This document shows, piece after piece, positions 56,776 to 61,205 of a stretch of 61,205 nt of DNA (positions are counted from its first letter, which is position 1; each line of letters begins with the position of its first letter). The position numbers and the translations under genes were made by a program. The notes beneath the pieces are model-generated. The model saw nothing but the letters and a program-made list of their open reading frames with translations. It had not been told where the DNA came from and did no database searches. Source of the stretch: an uncultured Lachnospiraceae bacterium (lineage in GTDB: Bacteria > Bacillota > Clostridia > Lachnospirales > Lachnospiraceae); contig CANQYP010000001.1 in the NCBI GenBank assembly GCA_947628045.1, positions 1 through 61,205 of the forward strand. Direction: 5' to 3'.

Positions 56776-58050
56776 ATGGTACAGGCGGTTGTAGGAGCAA
56801 ACTGGGGCGACGAGGGAAAGGGCAAGATCACGGATATGCTCGCGGAGAAGGCGGACATTATCGTGCGCTTTCAGGGCGGCGCGAACGCAGGTCACACGAT
56901 CGTGAACAACTACGGGAAATTTGCGCTGCATACGCTCCCGTCGGGCGTGTTCTACGGACATACGACGAGCGTGATCGGCAACGGCGTCGCGCTCAACATT
57001 CCGACGCTGTGCGGTGAGGTGAAGAGCATTGTGGACCGCGGCGTTCCGAGACCGAGGATCCTGGTGTCCGACCGCGCGCAGATCGTGATGTCCTATCACA
57101 TTCTGTTCGACCAGTACGAGGAGGAGCGGCTGGGCGGAAAGTCCTTCGGCTCGACGAAGTCCGGCATTGCGCCGTTTTATTCGGACAAATTCGCGAAGAT
57201 CGGGTTCCAGGTGAACGAGCTTTTCGATGAGAAGACGCTCGAGGACAAGGTGCAGCGTATCTGCGCCCTCAAGAACCCGATGCTCGAGCATCTGTACCAC
57301 AAGCCGCTTTTGACCCCGGAGGCGCTGCTGGAGGAGCTGCACGGCTACCGCGAGATGATCAGACCGTTCGTGTGTGACACGTCCGCGTTTCTGTATCAGG
57401 CGCTCAAGGAAGGCAAAAACATTCTGCTGGAAGGGCAGCTTGGCTCGCTGAAGGACCCGGATCACGGCATTTATCCGATGGTGACGTCTTCCTCGACGCT
57501 TGCCGGATACGGCGCGGTGGGCGCCGGGATCCCGCCGTACGAGATCCGCAAGGTGATCACGGTCTGTAAGGCGTATTCGAGCGCGGTGGGCGCGGGAGCG
57601 TTTGTCAGCGAGCTCTTTGGCGACGCGGCAGACGAGCTGCGCAGACGCGGCGGAGACGGCGGCGAGTTCGGCGCGACGACCGGACGCCCAAGGCGGGTGG
57701 GCTGGTTCGACTGTGTGGCGTCCAAGTACGGCTGCAGGCTGCAGGGCACGACGGATGTGGCGTTCACGGTGCTCGACGTGCTCGGTTACCTCGACGAGAT
57801 CCCGGTGTGCGTGGGCTATGAGATCGACGGCGAGGTGACGACCGACTTCCCGACGACGGCGCTTTTGGAGAAGGCGAAACCGGTGCTGAAGGTTCTGCCC
57901 GGCTGGAAGTGCGGCATCCGCGGCATCCGCAGCTATGCGGAGCTCCCGGAGAACTGCCGGAAGTACATCGAGTTCGTGGAAGAGCAGATCGGTTTCCCGA
58001 TCACGATGGTCTCGAACGGACCGGGGAGAGAGGATATCATCTATCGGTAA
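56776..58050 (+). CDS. purA: Adenylosuccinate synthetase
   Basis: GANWGDEGKGK, RFQGGANAGHT, EFGATTGRPRRVGWFD. Confidence 0.97.
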   Translation: MVQAVVGANWGDEGKGKITDMLAEKADIIVRFQGGANAGHTIVNNYGKFALHTLPSGVFYGHTTSVIGNGVALNIPTLCGEVKSIVDRGVPRPRILVSDRAQIVMSYHILFDQYEEERLGGKSFGSTKSGIAPFYSDKFAKIGFQVNELFDEKTLEDKVQRICALKNPMLEHLYHKPLLTPEALLEELHGYREMIRPFVCDTSAFLYQALKEGKNILLEGQLGSLKDPDHGIYPMVTSSSTLAGYGAVGAGIPPYEIRKVITVCKAYSSAVGAGAFVSELFGDAADELRRRGGDGGEFGATTGRPRRVGWFDCVASKYGCRLQGTTDVAFTVLDVLGYLDEIPVCVGYEIDGEVTTDFPTTALLEKAKPVLKVLPGWKCGIRGIRSYAELPENCRKYIEFVEEQIGFPITMVSNGPGREDIIYR

Positions 58051-58068
58051 TCAGAAAAGAAAAGGAAC

Positions 58069-58105
58069 GATGCCGCCGACAGGTCCACGGACTTGCCGGC
58101 GGCAT
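58069..58105. terminator. Hairpin between convergent purA and HAD gene, likely terminator
   Basis: atgccgccg...cggcggcat stem flanked by A-rich and T-containing sequence. Confidence 0.65.
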
Positions 58106-58110
58106 ATTTG

Positions 58111-58758
58111 TCAGGAGAGGGTTTGCCTGTCGGGAGAGGTTTCGCCGGGAGTTTCCGCGCAGAGCAGCCGTTCCAATTCTGCCATCGCCTGCGCCGGATC
58201 CCGGAACACGATTCCATGGAACCCGAGCCGCCTTGCTGCCTCGACATTACAGGGGACGTCGTCAAAGAATACGGATTCTTCGGGACGGATGTCAGGATAG
58301 CGCGCGAGCAGGGAGGCGAAGATCTCCGGCTCCGGTTTGACCTGTTTTACCTCGTACGAAAAGAGACCGCCGTCCATGAGCGGCAGGAAGTCGAGCGCGT
58401 CGCGCGTCTGGTTGATCGCGTAGCTTGAATAATTTGAGAGATAATAGACCTTAAAACCGCGGGCTTGAAGGCTGCGGACCAGATCGCAGGCGTAATCGCG
58501 TCTGTGGATGGTGTGGCGCAGACCGTGGAACACGGTCAGAATGTCCTCGGCGTACTCGGGCGCGGCTGCGGTCATCATCGCCTTGATCTCATCAATGGGG
58601 AGTGCCTCGCGGTCGAGTTCAGCCCACGATTTGCTCAAAAAGGTCGCCCTCGCGATCACGTCTGCCTTCTCTTTGGGGAAGTGAAAGAGATCAAGATAGC
58701 TCTTCCAGTCGTAATCCGCCAGCACGCCGCCGATGTCAAATATAATGGTTCGGATCAT
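58111..58758 (-). CDS. HAD family phosphatase
   Basis: IIFDIGGVL, LSN, KPEPEIF, FFDD..NVEAA. Confidence 0.92.
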   Translation of the reverse strand: MIRTIIFDIGGVLADYDWKSYLDLFHFPKEKADVIARATFLSKSWAELDREALPIDEIKAMMTAAAPEYAEDILTVFHGLRHTIHRRDYACDLVRSLQARGFKVYYLSNYSSYAINQTRDALDFLPLMDGGLFSYEVKQVKPEPEIFASLLARYPDIRPEESVFFDDVPCNVEAARRLGFHGIVFRDPAQAMAELERLLCAETPGETSPDRQTLS

Positions 58759-58866
58759 TGCGAAATCCCCTTCCGTTCTCAGCTTTTGAATTCCCGATCA
58801 TGTTTACAGCTCTGCTTTATGTATTTTCTGGTCTTATTTGTATTTCTGTTTTGCGAATCTCCAGCC

Positions 58867-59127
58867 TCATTTGTCTTGCTGCTTTTTGGAATTTTTCGTG
58901 TTTTCCGTTTCCTTGTCCCGGTCGGAGAGGTGCCGGTTGTCCAGCACGCGCGTGATCAGGATCATGCCGTAGAGCAGGCAGGGCACGATCACGGTGCACA
59001 CGATCGACGCCATCAGCATATTGTTGGCATTCGGGCTGGAGCTGAGCGCGAAAACGAGCGTGACTACGTACATGCCGACCAGGATCACGACGCCGAGCAG
59101 CGCGAGGATACGTCTTAATTTCTGCAT
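58867..59127 (-). CDS. Small two-TM membrane protein
   Basis: 86 aa, two hydrophobic helices, charged tail. Confidence 0.75.
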   Translation of the reverse strand: MQKLRRILALLGVVILVGMYVVTLVFALSSSPNANNMLMASIVCTVIVPCLLYGMILITRVLDNRHLSDRDKETENTKNSKKQQDK

Positions 59128-59390
59128 GGAAGATTACCCCTTTCTGTTTACAAATATCCTATCACAAAATACGCGTTCGGACAAGAATTATGGAACGTTC
59201 TGCGCCTGTTTCCGCCAAAGAAAAGCTTGCCTTTGTAAAAGGATTGGAAAAACTTGGAGAATTCGTTGATTTTATCCGGGATTGCGTGTAAAATATCTGG
59301 CAAAGATTTCATTTAGAATGGAATCCTGCGGGCATACTTTACAATGAAACAATTGGCTGTAAGAAAAGACGGAATACAGGAGGTTATCAG

Positions 59391-61139
59391 ATGAGACGTG
59401 GAAAAATCAAGCTTTTGCTGGCGCTGGTGATTCTGCTGGCGCTCGGCGTATATTACTATGTGGCGCTGCCGGCGATCAATCTTCATTCGAGCGGACTGTG
59501 GATCGTGCTGCTGGCGCTTTTGCTGATCGCGCTCGTGTTCAGCATCGGGAGGAAGATACGGGTACAGACCTTCGGGGATCTAAGGGATCTGAGAGGCGAG
59601 ATCCGCGCGCGGCGCGCGCCGAAGATCTTCCTCACGCTGTTCCTGCTGGTGCTCGTGGTCTACCTGGCGGGCTCGGTGCTGTCTTCGCCGATCGTGAACG
59701 CGGGCAAGTACCGCGACCTGCTCGTGCCGGAGACCGGAAATTTCGCCGAGGACATCAAGCAGGTGAATTACAATCAGATCCCGCTGCTCGACAAGGATTC
59801 GGCGGAGATCCTGGGCAACCGCAAGATGGGCAGCATGGTGGACATGGTGTCGCAGTTCGAGGTGAGCACGCTGTACTCGCAGATCAACTATCAGGGGCGC
59901 CCGGTGCGCGTGACGCCGCTGGTGTACGCGAGCCCGATCAAGTGGTTCACGAACCGCAAGAACGGCATTCCGGCATACATCAGCATCGACATGGCGACGC
60001 AGAACACGGAGCTTATCAAGATCCCGGAGGGGATCCGCTACTCGGAGTCCGAGTATTTCAACCGCAACATTTACCGGCACCTGCGTTTCCATTACCCGAC
60101 CTATATCTTCGACCAGCTCAGCTTTGAGATCGACGAGGAGGGGACGCCCTACTGGATCTGCCCGGTGAAGAAGTTCTCGATCGGGCTGTTCGGCGGACAG
60201 ACGATCGGCAAGGTCGTGCTCTGCAACGCGGTGACGGGCGAGTGCGAGTCGATGGACGTGGAGGACTGTCCGACGTGGGTGGACCGCGTCTACCCGGCGG
60301 ATCTGCTGATCCAGCTCTACGACTATCACGGGACGCTGATCAACGGGTTCATCAACAGCGTGCTCGGACAGAAGGGCTGCCTGGTGACGACGGACGGCTA
60401 CAATTACCTCGCGCAGGACGACGACGTGTGGGTGTACACGGGCGTGACCTCTGTGAGCGGCGACCGCTCGAACGTGGGGTTTGTGCTCATGAACCAGCGC
60501 ACGATGGAGACGAAGTACTATGAAGTCGCCGGGGCGGAGGAGTATTCCGCGATGGGATCCGCCGAAGGGCAGGTGCAGAACCTCGGTTACCGCGCGACCT
60601 TCCCGCTGCTTTTGAACATTTCCGGCGAGCCGACTTATTTCATCGCGCTGAAGGACAACGCGGGGCTGGTGAAAAAGTACGCGATGGTGAACATTCAGCG
60701 CTACCAGAACGTGGCGATCGGGGATACGGTGCCGGAGTGCGAGCAGACCTACGTGAAGATGCTCGGGCTGAAGAACAAAGGCGCGGCGGCGGGCAGCGAT
60801 CTGCAGACGGCGGAGGGGAAGATCCGACGCATCGCGCAGGCGGTCGTGGACGGGAATACGCATTTCTATGTCATGCTCGAGGGGCGTGACGAAGTGTTCG
60901 ATCTGCCGGTCACGGATTTCATGGACATCATCCGCTACGAGGAGGGCGACGAGATCACTTTGTCCTATGCGAAGGGAGAGCCGGTGTGCACGGTGCTCTC
61001 GCTGGACGGCGGACAGGGGAGTGCCGCCTCGCAGGAGGCGCAGTCTGCCGCGGACGAGGAGGCGATGTCAGAATCCGGGGATGTCTCGGGCGCGGAAGGC
61101 GGGGAGGAGACTCAGGCAGAAGAGGAAACCGTGAAGTGA
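59391..61139 (+). CDS. Conserved membrane-anchored hypothetical protein (3 N-terminal TM, large external domain)
   Basis: CAGGAGG SD; 582-aa ORF with typical coding pattern; acidic low-complexity tail. Confidence 0.8.
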   Translation: MRRGKIKLLLALVILLALGVYYYVALPAINLHSSGLWIVLLALLLIALVFSIGRKIRVQTFGDLRDLRGEIRARRAPKIFLTLFLLVLVVYLAGSVLSSPIVNAGKYRDLLVPETGNFAEDIKQVNYNQIPLLDKDSAEILGNRKMGSMVDMVSQFEVSTLYSQINYQGRPVRVTPLVYASPIKWFTNRKNGIPAYISIDMATQNTELIKIPEGIRYSESEYFNRNIYRHLRFHYPTYIFDQLSFEIDEEGTPYWICPVKKFSIGLFGGQTIGKVVLCNAVTGECESMDVEDCPTWVDRVYPADLLIQLYDYHGTLINGFINSVLGQKGCLVTTDGYNYLAQDDDVWVYTGVTSVSGDRSNVGFVLMNQRTMETKYYEVAGAEEYSAMGSAEGQVQNLGYRATFPLLLNISGEPTYFIALKDNAGLVKKYAMVNIQRYQNVAIGDTVPECEQTYVKMLGLKNKGAAAGSDLQTAEGKIRRIAQAVVDGNTHFYVMLEGRDEVFDLPVTDFMDIIRYEEGDEITLSYAKGEPVCTVLSLDGGQGSAASQEAQSAADEEAMSESGDVSGAEGGEETQAEEETVK

Positions 61140-61205
61140 AAAGTTTATTTCCACTTTGAAAAGTACCAGAAAAAAAGTGGCATTTACTCATACAGAAAGC
61201 AGTGA

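Overview
A 61-kb, fairly GC-rich chromosomal segment of a spore-forming Clostridia bacterium (gene order and protein style suggest Lachnospiraceae; inference). The backbone is housekeeping and sporulation: dxs-tlyA-nadK-argR-recN-spoIVB ... spo0A-glgA, a spoVB-like flippase, an Rrf2 regulator-iscS-iscU-mnmA cluster, aroE/aroD, spoIIGA-sigE-sigG-ylmC-nrdR and purC-purF-purB-purA. The normally adjacent spoIVB and spo0A are separated by ~22 kb of accessory DNA. This contains an EAL phosphodiesterase, corrinoid uptake/salvage genes, gene remnants, a peptidase-SH3-MBOAT-AlgX/DHHW cell-wall operon, a NisRK/SpaRK-like two-component pair, an orphan Nif11-leader double-glycine peptide, tandem repeats, a RelB/YoeB toxin-antitoxin pair and a Ugp/Mal-type ABC importer with a double OB-fold partner. 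The four most interesting candidates are: (1) a three-gene operon at 47033-52685 encoding a 1184-aa Ig/helical-repeat protein, a degenerate Hsp70-like protein with apparently dead ATPase motifs and a TPR protein; (2) an Rpn/PD-(D/E)XK gene with an internal SD+GTG start whose 3' 356 bp are duplicated upstream as a stand-alone small ORF; (3) the orphan Nif11-type precursor peptide; (4) a possible nucleic-acid scavenging ABC/OB-fold module. No rRNA, tRNA, CRISPR array, integrase or intact IS was seen. All product calls are from motif recognition by eye, not database searches.
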